Positions 53,672 to 64,000 of a DNA stretch of 64,000 nt are shown here, one piece after another. The notes under the pieces were generated by a model. It was not told where the DNA came from. It saw nothing but the letters and a program-made list of their open reading frames with translations, and ran no database searches. The stretch comes from Okamejei kenojei (taxonomy: Eukaryota): positions 25,606,001-25,670,000 of the forward strand of contig CM069147.1 of the NCBI GenBank assembly GCA_035221665.1, read 5' to 3'. Position 1 is the first letter of the stretch; each line of letters begins with the position of its first letter. Position numbers and translations under genes: made by a program.

Positions 53672-56502
53672 TAGAAACATAGAAACATAGAAATTAGGTG
53701 CAGGAGTAGGCCATTCAGCCCTTCGAGCCTGCACCGCCATTCAATATGATCATGGCTGATCATCCAACTCAGTATCCCGTACCTGCCTTCTCTCCATACC
53801 CTCTGATCCCCTTAGCCACAAGGGCCACATCCAACTCCCTCTTAAATATAGCCAATGAACTGGCCTCAACTACCCTCTGTGGCAGAGAGTTCCAGAGACT
53901 CACCACTCTCTGTGTGAAAAAAGTCTTTCTCATCTCGGTCTTAAAGGATTTCCCCCTTATCCTTAAGCTGTGACCCCTTGTCCTGGACTTCCCCAACATC
54001 GGGAACAATCTTCCTGCATCTAGCCTGTCCAACCCCTTAAGAATTTTGTAAGTTTCTATAAGATCCCCTCTCAATCTCCTAAATTCCAGAGAGTATAAAC
54101 CGAGTCTATCCAGTCTTTCTTCATAAGACAGTCCTGACATCCCAGGAATCTGTCTGGTGAACCTTCTCTGCACTCCCTCTATGGCAATAATGTCCTTCCT
54201 CAGATTTGGAGACCAAAACTGTACGCAATACTCCAGGTGTGGTCTCACCAAGACCCTGTACAACTGAAGTAGAACCTCCCTGCTCCTGTACTCAAATCCT
54301 TTTGCTATGAAAGCTAACATACCATTCGCTTTTTTTCACTGCCTGCTGCACCTGCATGCCTACTTTCAATGACTGATGTACCATGACACCCAGGTCTCGC
54401 TGCATCTCCCCTTTTCCTAATCGGCCACCATTTAAATAATAGTCTGCTTTCCTGTTTTTGCCACAAAAGTGGATAACCTCACATTTATCCACATTATACT
54501 GCATCTGCCAAACATTTGCCCACTCACCCAGCCTATCCAAGTCACCTTGCAGTCTCCTAGCATCCTCCTCACAGCTAACACTGCCCCCCAGCTTAGTGTC
54601 ATCCGCAAACTTGGAGATATTGCCTTCAATTCCCTCATCCAGATCATTAATATATATTGTAAATAGCTGGCGTCCCAGCACTGAGCCCTGCGGTACCCCC
54701 ACTAGTCACTGCCTGCCATTGTGAAAAGGACCCGTTTACTCCTACTCTTTGCTTCCTGTTTGCCAGCCAGTTCTCTATCCACATCAATACTGAACCCCTA
54801 ATACCGTATGCTTTAAGTTTGTATACTAATCTCTTATGTGGGACCTTGTCGAAAGCCTTCTGGAAGTCCAGATATACCACATCCACTGGTTCTCCCTTAT
54901 CCACGCTACTAGTTACATCCTCGAAAAATTCCACAAGATTCGTCAGACATGATTTACCTTTCGTAAATCCATGCTGACTTTGTCCAATGATTTCACCACT
55001 TTCCAAATGTGCTGCTATCCCATCTTTAATAACTGACTCTAGCAGTTTCCCCACTACCGATGTTAGACTAACTGGTCTGTAATTCCCCGTTTTCTCTCTC
55101 CCTCCCTTCTTAAAAAGAGGGGTTACATTTGCTACCCGCCAATCCTCAGGAACTACTCCAGAATCTAAAGAGTTTTGAAAGATTATCACTAATGCATCCA
55201 CTATTTCCTGAGCTACTTCCTTAAGTACTCTGGGATGCAGCCTATCTGGCCCTGGGGATTTATCGGCCTTTAATCTATTCAATTTACCCAACACCACTTC
55301 CCGACTGACCTGGATTTCACTCAATTCCTCCTTTGACCCACAGTCCCTGCTATTTCCGGCAGATTATATATGTCTTCCTTAGTGAAGACGGAACCAAAGT
55401 AGTTATTCAATTGGTCCGCCATATGCTTGTTCCCCATGATCAACTCACCTGTTTCTGACTGCAAGGGACCTACATTTGTTTTAACTAACCTCTTTCTCTT
55501 CACATATCTATAAAAACTTTTGCAGTCAGTTTTTATGTTCCCTGCCAGTTTCCTTTCATGATCTATTTTTCCTTTCCTAATTAAGCCCTTTGTCCTCCTC
55601 TGCTGGTCTCTGAATTTCTCCCAGTCCTCTGGTATGCTGCTTTTTCTGGCTACTTTGTATGCATCATCCTTTGCTTTGATACTATCCCTGATTTCTCTTG
55701 TTATCCACGGATGCACTACCTTCCCCGATTTATTCTTTTGCCAAACTGGGATGAACAATTTTTGTAGTTCATCCATGCAGTCTTTAAATGTCTTCCATTG
55801 TATATCCACCGTCAACCCTTTTAGAATTAATTGCCAGTCAATCTTGGCCAATTCACGTCTCATACCCTCAAAGTTACCTTTCTTTAAGTTCAGAACCATT
55901 GTTTCTGAATTAACAATGTCACTCTCCATCCTAATGAAGAACTCAACCATATTATGGTCACTCTTGTCCAAGGGGGCACGTACAACAAGACGGCTAACTA
56001 CCCCTTCCTCATTACTCAAAACCCAGTCTAAAATAGCCTGCTCTCTCGTTGGTTCCTCTACATGTTGATTTAGATAACTATCCCGCATACATTCCAAAAA
56101 ATCCTCTTCCTCAGCACCCCTGCCAATTTGATTAACCCAATCTATATGTAGATTGAAGTCACCCATTATAACTGTTTTGCCTTTGTCGCATGCATTTCTA
56201 ATTTCCTGTTTGATACCATCCCCAACTTCTCTGCTACTGTTAGGTGGCCTGTACACAACACCCACCAGCGTTTTCTGCCCCTTAGTGTTTTGTAGCTCTA
56301 CCCATACCGAATCCACATCCTCCAAGCTAATGTCCTTCCTTTCCATTGCGTTAATCTCCTCTCTAACCAGCAACGCTACCCCACCTCCTTTTCCTTTCTC
56401 TCTATCCCTCCTGAATATTGAATATCCCTGGATGTTCAGCTCTCAGCCTACGTCACCCTGGAGCCATGTCTCCGTGATGCCAACTATATCATAATCATTA
56501 AT
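53672..56502 (-). mobile_element. Young 5'-truncated CR1 LINE (ORF2 EN+RT almost complete, three frameshifts) in the V-C1 intron
   Basis: Consecutive ORFs 56373-55321, 55324-54647, 54702-54292 and 54320-53769 with EN and RT motifs. Absent from the left arm (empty site near 14637). Confidence 0.95.
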
Positions 56503-57103
56503 ATCAATGTAACTCTTTTTTGAATTTTAATGCCGAGTTAAAACCCCGTCCCGTGGGAGGGGCTTTGGTAACTGGTTTCATAGTGCCTTCATTGTTGGTC
56601 AGTGCCGTCCCTTCACATGGACCGCTCTCAGTGCCAGTTTTCGCAACTTCCATAGCCGCTCTATATAAGTGCAGTCAGACGTGATGGACGCGGTGGTCTG
56701 GACCTATCGCTGGCAAGTCTGGCCCCTGTGACGTCATGTCCGTTATTTGATTTTTCGGTTGAGTGGCCATTTGGTTACTTGGCTTGTGGGCGACGCAGCC
56801 TTTCGGTTAGTTGGATTTTAGGCGTCAGGCCCTTTCAGTTAGTTTGCATTGAGGCGTACCACCCATTGGTTCGTTAGCGTTTCGGCTTCGTACCCTTTCG
56901 GCTATTTGGCTCCCACTTCTTTGCTTCGGCTTCTCGTCCTAAGACGCCACGTCCGCACACGATTTCCCAACAACATTGTTAAAATAGTTTACTAATAAAG
57001 GAACGCTCAAGAAGTTATGGTATAATCCATTTCGAAAGCGATTATATTGTCTTCTAAATAAGCATATAGGGGAGCTAACTCTTTTATCTTAAATTGTTTG
57101 CAG

Positions 57104-57385
57104 TGTCCCCGATGCCTTTGAAGATTAAACAGATGAACACTCCTTCCCTGGCCCTAAACTGTACAACAGCACCGTTTTTCCCGGAGGACTGTGAACTTAC
57201 CTGGTATAAAGATGACCACAAAATCACTTCTGGAATAAGTACCACTAAAATACGGAACGACGAGGGATTATACCTTGCTTCCAGCTTCCTGCATGTAGTG
57301 GATAGCCGATCGGTTTATAGTTGCAACGTGTCTCACGCCACCCTCCTGGTTCCGACCGTTGAAACTCACAGAGTTCTTGGAATGG
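57104..57385 (+). CDS. Ig C1-set constant domain exon, right copy
   Basis: Acceptor TTTGCAG|, donor |GTATGA, 282 nt, phase 1/1. LNCTTAPFFPEDCELTWYKD and YSCNVSHATL match the C1-set hallmarks CxxxxF(Y/F)P...W and YxCxVxH. Confidence 0.92.
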
Positions 57386-60300
57386 GTATGAGGTTTATAC
57401 CTTCAATAATGTCCTGAGATATATCACTGTTTCATGTCAAGGCATTTCATGAATTCCCACCCAAAACATACGCCAGATCGTTGTTAAGTGTTTGAATGAT
57501 GATAGTGGGTGTGTCTTTGTTGAAATGAAAAGGTATGACCAGTCTAGGAAATTAGATACTGGTTAGTAAGAGACATCGTGTAAAGATGACAGCTGTGTTT
57601 GCATGTTTTTTAATAGCGAATGTTTGAACTCGCTGTTTATCTCTGATCATATAGAGCTATACGCATGGAGGCAAGCCCCTTCGACACGCCCTGTCGACGT
57701 CAAGCAAGTTGGCATTCTGGACTAAAATCATCTGCACTCATTTGACCCATTTCCCCTCTAAATCTTTCCTATCCAAATATCCATCCAAATATCTTTGAAA
57801 ATTACACTTGTATACGCTTCTGTGGCTTCCTCGGAAAGAAATTGCCCCTTGGGCCCCTCTTAATCTTCCATATTAAGATTCCATTACCCTGGGGAAAACG
57901 ACTGTAAGCATTCACTTTCTTTACGCCCATCATAATTTTATATACTTGAATTTGGTAAACCTCCTTTGCCTCATGGGAAGAGGTCACAACCTACTCGGCA
58001 TCACCGTATAACTCCAGTCAAGAATTCCAGGTATTACCTTGGTGAATCCTTTCTGTACCCTTCCTAATTTAATGACATGCTACATATAACAGGATGACCA
58101 GGACAGCACACAGAACACAGAACGAGTCGTCTCAGCAAATACTTGTAAAGCCGTTGATTGCATAATAAGGGCACTGTTTTCAGTTTATTAGTAAAATAAT
58201 TTTCAGTCTTATCGCTGTAACCTTGGAGATTGGAGAGGGATGGTAATCCAACATATTTCAAGTTCCAAGGGACCAAAACAACAAGCCTGAACACAGAGGC
58301 CAAGGGAGATTTAATAACATACGCTGTCATTAACTTCGATGTTTTTTTTTTCATTGTTACTGATCTGTGATGAGATTCAATCAGAAGAGGTAAATGACAA
58401 TAAAGTAGAAATAAGAACATGTTTGAACGGGCACACACACAATACGGAGTAGCGATAATTCCGGCTGATGGGCTTTCATATGAACTGTCTGATCTGCTCT
58501 GTGCTCCCAGACATTTCTATGTTTTGTTAATTTTATGCACCTGTTATCTGGAATTTATCCCATTATTTTCATTCATAGAAACTGCCAGTTAACTTCCAAT
58601 TTTCTGAAATTGCTGAATTTATTTTTCAGATCTAAAGTTTTAGTCAATGTAGTTGGAAGATATTCCATAACGCTTTTTTGTGACTTCATTGAGGTAGCCC
58701 ACCAAGTCCACGCTGATCATCGATCACCGGCATATAGTTCTCTGTTAGAGCACTTTTTCATTCACTCACTACACACTGGCGACAATTTGCAGAAGCCAAT
58801 TAGCCTTCACACCTCCACATCCAAGGGATGTGGGAGGAAACCGTATCACCCGAAGAACACCAACACGATCACATTCCACACGGACAGCATCCATGGTTAG
58901 GATCAAACCTGTGTCTCTCGCGCTATTAGGCAGCAGCTGTACAGCTGGTATTCCCCAACTCAAATAGACCTCACCAAATATACTGTTTTAATTGAAATCG
59001 GGAAAGGTTAACCCTGGCGGGAGTACGCAGGTCCCTGGATTTTATTAATGGCAGTTTTGAAAGGGCAAACATTACGATATCTATCGCTGAATGCGAAGGT
59101 ATGGTGAAAAGGCAAATATGTGCTCGCGGATACAGGAGAGTGAAGATGGTTTGTGGTGAATTAATGCCTTTGCGATAAAGAAAGTAATGGGAGATCAGCG
59201 GTCAGCTGGTGCCATGACTGCGATGGTCGCTTAAGATATAGAGCATGATTCCTTGAGATTAGAGTACGGAAGATGTTTACAAGAATGATCACAGGAGTGA
59301 GTAGGTCAGCCTATGTTGAGCGTTTGTCGGCACTGGGCCTGTTTTCGCTGGAGTTCAGAAGGATGACGGGGTACCTCATTGTAACATATAGAATAGTGAA
59401 AGGCTTGGATAGAGTGCATGTGGAGAGAATGTTTCCACTTGCTGGAGAGTCCAGGACGAGGTCATAGCCTCAGAATGTATAATTAAAAGAAGACCGTGGA
59501 GGCCGTCAGTGAATATTTTTTAGGCAGAGATAGACAGATTCTTCATTAGTACAAATGTCAGAGCTTATGGGGAGAAGGCATCAGAGCGGGGTTAGGATGG
59601 AGAGATAGATTGAATGGCGAAGTAGAATTGGTGGGACAAATGGCCTAATTCTACTCCTATCCCCTATAACCTATCCTGGAGTCTCGATTGCTGCTGCACA
59701 AATCCACACGTCTTTGGGTTGTGAGAGAAACCTGGAGCACCAGGAGAAAACCCACGTCATTACAGGGAGAGAGTGCAAACTCCACACAGACAGGGCCCCA
59801 GTTAGAATTGAACATGTATCTCTGGTGCTGTGCCTCGGACTTGCTAAATGACACTCATTGTTTTATTGGTCTGCGAGTTTCAGGTTTCCAAATGCAATAA
59901 TGGGATTTTTTTCGAATTTATGACTAATTCTGTAGCATTTAAAATTACTTGAGATTTCCTTCAGATTATCGGTGAATTTGTGGAATAATTTGCTACAGAA
60001 GGCTGTGGAGTCCACCAGTGGATATTTAACAGGCAGAGATAGATAGATTCTTGATTAGTACAGGTGTCAGATGCTGTGGGGGGAAGGCAGAGAGAGTTCA
60101 GCCATGATTGATTTGTGGAGTATGGGCAAGGAGGAAGCTCCTTGTCCCTTATACTTATGGACAAGGAGAATGCTCTTCTTGTTCCAGCTGGGTGTTGGGA
60201 CGAGATATCAGAGCGGCAGACTGATACATTGAGCATGCATGGCTGAGGACCAAACTATGATGGAGGAAAACACGTTGAGGTAAGGGGTGCTTATAGAAAC

Positions 60301-60752
60301 AATGATACAACGTTTCAAGGTTTCAAGGTCAGTTTATTGCCACATGTACCAATCAAGGTCCAGTGAAACTTACGATTACAGAACGTGCGATTATCAGAAA
60401 ATGTCAAACAATGTCTAAGAAAATACATATAGGTAATGGAGCCCGTTGACCTGGCTGAGTCGGAGGAAACGCGCTGGAGATAACTGTGCGAGCATACGGG
60501 CTTGCAATGGGAATAGATCGCAGTACCCCAGCCACCCCCCCTCCCCCCCAAGATGAATGTGGAAAATATGATATTGAAATGGAAAGGTAATTTAGAGAGA
60601 GCATTGTAAAGATTGCCCTTAACGTATTTACCCAATCTTGCACTGGACGTATTATCCAAAAGCAATGGCGCAACCTCCTTGCTTTTTACATGTTAGTTCT
60701 TTCTTGATAAATAATAAGGATCCCATTAGCTATGTACCTGCCTTAACTTTAG

Positions 60753-60873
60753 TCACCATTATGAAATACTCTCGCCAGGTACCACCCATTGTATATGTTG
60801 TTATTTGCTTTATAAATCCAATCGTTTAATGTTGGCTGTCTCTTCATCGTTTCGGTTTTCATACGGTACAAAG
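60753..60873 (+). other. Candidate transmembrane exon, apparently frameshifted
   Basis: A phase-1 acceptor (CTTTAG|) gives VTIMKYSRQVPPIVYVVICFINPIV then TAA at 60827. Removing one T from GTTTAAT continues NVGCLFIVSVFIRYK and ends at a phase-1 donor (AAAG|GTAAAT). The segment is deleted from the left arm. Confidence 0.35.
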
Positions 60874-61897
60874 GTAAATGTAAAATTTCCACCTCCCCGC
60901 TACGATGATAACGAGCTCAATCACAGCGACTGGGGCTGTATACTTTTCTCCGGGCCCAAAACCAACGGTTTGGGTGTACATGTTTTATGTAGTTAAGGAA
61001 AGAAAACTGGTGCTTGGGATCAGCTAGACCCTAATTGTACCAAACCTACTGCCGCCCCATTTCATTCCCTGCACAGTTCCATCAACTCCCCACGAAATGA
61101 CCATCACATTAATGACAAAAATAGACACAAAACACTGGAGTCGCTCAACGGGATAGGCAGCGTCATTGGAGAGAAGGTAACATACTTAATGAGTATGTAC
61201 AATGGCCAATGAACCAACAACCCTGCAAGTCGTTGAGGTTTAGGAAGATGTTAGAGTATCCTACGGAAGTAACGTGGTCACCGTGGGAATATAAAAACTC
61301 CAGAGAACACTGGAGGTCAGAATTGACCCAGGATCTCTGGAGATGTGAAACATCCGATTTACTAACTGCGAAGATGTGCCAGGAGTAGATCTTCCGCGGG
61401 GTGGCATAACGTGACTTATGTCTACATTGTTCAAACCATTTTGAAGGCAGGGATAGTGCACGTGCAACACCTCGATGGTGCATCAATGATTGGATCGCCA
61501 AACCCGCTCAGAGATATATCACAACTCCGAATAATTCTAATCTCTTGTTGATAAATGAATCATATCGACTGCAGTTATCTTTCCAAAATTTCAACAGTCG
61601 GTCGATATGTCAATTAAACAGCCTTTACGATGTTAATGATCCCAACACTAAGAAGGCACAGACCCGAAACCCAGTAGCATAATCTATTTTACCGAATACA
61701 AAATACATTACAGATCGTGCACGAGAAATCGTGTTTTTATGCCCAGTGTAATTCATTTTTGATGTGTTCACTCCAGGTAATTCGTTTCCTTAAATTGTAT
61801 ATTTTGAATTGGAGGTTTCCTCGCTGTCACCAGTGACACGGCAAAACGGGGAGAGGGGGTGACAAGCGCATCCGTACAATGTCAAAATAGATTGTAG

Positions 61898-61989
61898 ACA
61901 TAAAGTATGAAGGAGAAATAAAGGAAAATGTTTACGATAATAATCAGGCAGAATATATAAAGAGTAAAACAAAGTTCAGTCCTCCTTAA
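61898..61989 (+). other. Candidate tyrosine-rich cytoplasmic terminal exon (D)IKYEGEIKENVYDNNQAEYIKSKTKFSPP*
   Basis: Phase-1 AG (weak pyrimidine tract) compatible with the candidate TM donor. Hydrophilic, three Tyr including a YxN motif. Confidence 0.2.
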
Positions 61990-62039
61990 AGGATACTGAT
62001 CGAAATTTTTTAATTTTGGAATCCGTATTAAGGATACCG

Positions 62040-62660
62040 TTTAGGGTACTTGGATGCACATGATAAAATAAGCATGGTAAAATAAGCATAAGGGAGATCT
62101 TGCCTGTCAACTCTTTTATTGTTTTTTGAGGAGCTAACACGCGGGATAGACGAGTGTCAATAAGCGTCGGTGCACAAAAGGCTGGAGAAACTCAGCGGGT
62201 GCAGCAGCATCTAAGGAGCGAAGGAGATAGGCGACGTTTCGGGTCGAGACCCTTCTTCAGTCAATAAGCGTCGTTTTCTTGGAATTTTAATAGGCCTTTG
62301 ATAAGGTGCCACGTGAGGCCGTTACACAAAATAGAAGCGCAAGTCATTAGAGGCAAGGGATTAGCACGGATTGAAGTGTTACTGACCGGCAGAAGACAAA
62401 CAGTGTCAATGAATGGGCCTTTTGTGATTTGTTGTGGTTGACTAGTGGTGTTCTGCAGGGGTCGGCGTTGTGTCTGCTGCATTTTACATTATATGTTAAT
62501 TATCTGGATGATGAAATTGATGGCTTTTTCGCCAAGTTTTCAGATGACACTAAGGTACGTTCATGGGCAGATAGTGTTGAGGAAGCAGGGAGTTTGCTGA
62601 AGGATCTAGACAGTTTGGGAGAGTGGGTAAATAAGTGGCAGATGGACTGCAGCGTAGCAC
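62040..62660 (+). mobile_element. Old decayed CR1 RT fragment
   Basis: LTSGVLQGSAL...AKFSDDTKV...LGEWVNKWQM. Confidence 0.75.
62170..62259 (-). mobile_element. About 90-bp Penelope-derived insertion carrying a hammerhead motif
   Basis: Minus strand CTGAAGAAGGGTCTCGACCCGAAACGTC (62260-62233). Flanked by the 14-bp direct repeat GTCAATAAGCGTCG (62156-62169, 62260-62273). Confidence 0.8.
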
Positions 62661-63019
62661 ACTAAAAATGTGGAACCCATTCTGTAATTCCCTGTTCATG
62701 TAATCCGATTATTCAATGAAGATAACCTCTGAAAAATTATAATATTCAGCTTTTATTTTCCCTTTAGGAATTAGCGTTAAACTCGTCTGCTTTCTGGCGG
62801 GTGGATTTGCCATATGCGTGCTAATTATTCTAGCGCTGGCATTTTTTGCCAGGCGGTGCAAATTACACAGTACTGAAGGTAAGAAATGAGTTGATTCTTG
62901 TCCGAAATTAGTGATACAAGGAACTGCAGATGCAAAGCACAAAGTGCTTGAGTAACTCGGCCGTTTGACAGCATCTGGGGATACAGTGGATAGGGTATTT
63001 TTAATGGTTGAGTCACATT

Positions 63020-63515
63020 TGAAGAATAGAATAGAATAGAATACCTTTTACTGTAATTGAAACAACTTGGTTTGAACGAAATTGCATTTTCTACACTTGT
63101 TACATTACAAAAAACCCAAGACCCACACTTAATACAGTTTACATAAACATCCATCACAGTGAGTCTCCAACACATCCTCACTGTGATGGAAGGCAAAGTC
63201 TTATCTCTACCCTTTGTTCTTCACCCTCGGTCCTGCAGTCCAACTGCAGCAACTAGGCGAACTGGGGCTTCGATGTTAAAGCCCCCGGCGGACGATGGTA
63301 GGTCCTGTGGCCATTAAGCCACGCGGGGCGATGTTAGGCCCCGGCTCCGTGTCCTTTAAACACTGCGATTCCAGCGGGAGAAGTTGCCGTTGCGGGAGAT
63401 CCGAAAAGTCGTCTCCCACGAGAGACCCGGAGCTCCCGATGTTCTTGTCCAGCGGGCCTGCGGCCGGAGCCTACGAAGTCGGGTCGCAGGCGAGCGCCAC
63501 CACAGCTCTACCCGC
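63020..63515 (-). mobile_element. Non-autonomous retroelement with a 14-bp stem-loop near its 3' end and an (ATTCT)n tail (relatives at 42650-43130 and 47010-47290)
   Basis: TCCATCACAGTGAG (63150-63163) is the perfect inverse of CTCACTGTGATGGA (63177-63190). (AGAAT)n at 63023-63042. Confidence 0.6.
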
Positions 63516-63519
63516 TCTC

Positions 63520-63840
63520 TGGTGGAATAAAACTGGGTGAAAAAAAGGTGTTACCTTCCACTACCTGCAACCTCCGGCAACCACCTTCAACTAAGGCTTC
63601 GCAACCGGCTTCGACTAAAAAATTACCGATTTTTAAAACGGCAACCTATTGTAAGTCGCGGCCGGTTTTGAATTTTTTGAAATAATCGCCGGAACATGGA
63701 AGAAGCGGAAACCACTTTCGACCATTAGGGAGACAGACAAAAACTTCCGGGAACCTCCGGGAACCGCAGGGAACCCTTGGGTGGGGCGCAAAGTCTCCAG
63801 AGGTTTCCGTTCAGGTTTCCTAAGTGAGACAGGGGCATAA
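63520..63840. mobile_element. Partial MITE of the same family as 40695-41066
   Basis: Direct similarity to 40795-41066. Ends AAGTGAGACAGGGGCATAA. Confidence 0.6.
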
Positions 63841-64000
63841 CGATCGGGCTATTTAAATAGGGGCAGTTATCACAGGAAAGCGGAAGCAAACAATAGGGTT
63901 TCAACTTTTCCGTTTGCTTCTCCTTAACATTATGACTAACGAGGAGAGGATTTGTTCAAATAACAAGAATAGCATGACCGCAATGATCAATTTCTACAGC

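Larger units (their letters stand above)
32900..61003. repeat. Right arm of large inverted segmental duplication
   Basis: Reverse complement of the left arm, with arm-specific TE insertions and deletions. Confidence 0.92.

Noticed and set aside
44583-57385. Calling the gene a germline-joined Ig light chain or a TCR chain
   Set aside because: No WYQQ-type FR2, the J motif lacks the F/W before GxG, the C domain is short with no terminal interchain Cys, and no octamer was seen. No gene symbol assigned.
63105-63190. RSS-like heptamers CACAGTG/CACTGTG near ACAAAAAACC (also 42737-42778)
   Set aside because: The nonamer-like word precedes the heptamer and there is no 12/23 spacing. The heptamers form the stem of a hairpin in a dispersed repeat far from the V exon.

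Overview
Eukaryotic, repeat-rich DNA. The CR1 LINEs with (TTTCTATG)n tails, V-SINE/HE1-like SINEs and Penelope-derived repeats point to a cartilaginous fish, most likely a skate or ray (inference). The window is one large imperfect inverted duplication (about 1-31400 vs about 32900-61003) centred on a 500-N scaffold gap (32178-32677). Each arm carries a copy of a spliced immunoglobulin-superfamily gene: leader exon, a germline-joined VJ-type domain (NKp30/SIRP-like, GxG J motif, no RSS), then a C1-set domain. The two copies are arranged head-to-head. The right copy (+; 44583-57385 and possibly beyond) has open L, V and C1 exons with phase-1 splice sites, but its TM/cytoplasmic exons are uncertain. 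The left copy (-; 24504-8372) has a separate CR1 insertion with a TSD in each Ig exon and is a pseudogene. Between the copies the V exon shows 19 nonsynonymous and 6 synonymous differences, against 7 and 8 in C1 (hand count). Also present: a complete but decayed DIRS1 tyrosine-recombinase retrotransposon, nested CR1s, a divergent invertebrate-type CR1 remnant, Penelope-derived repeats with minimal hammerhead ribozyme motifs, TIR elements and SINEs. Most ORFs in the supplied track are transposon fragments or noise.
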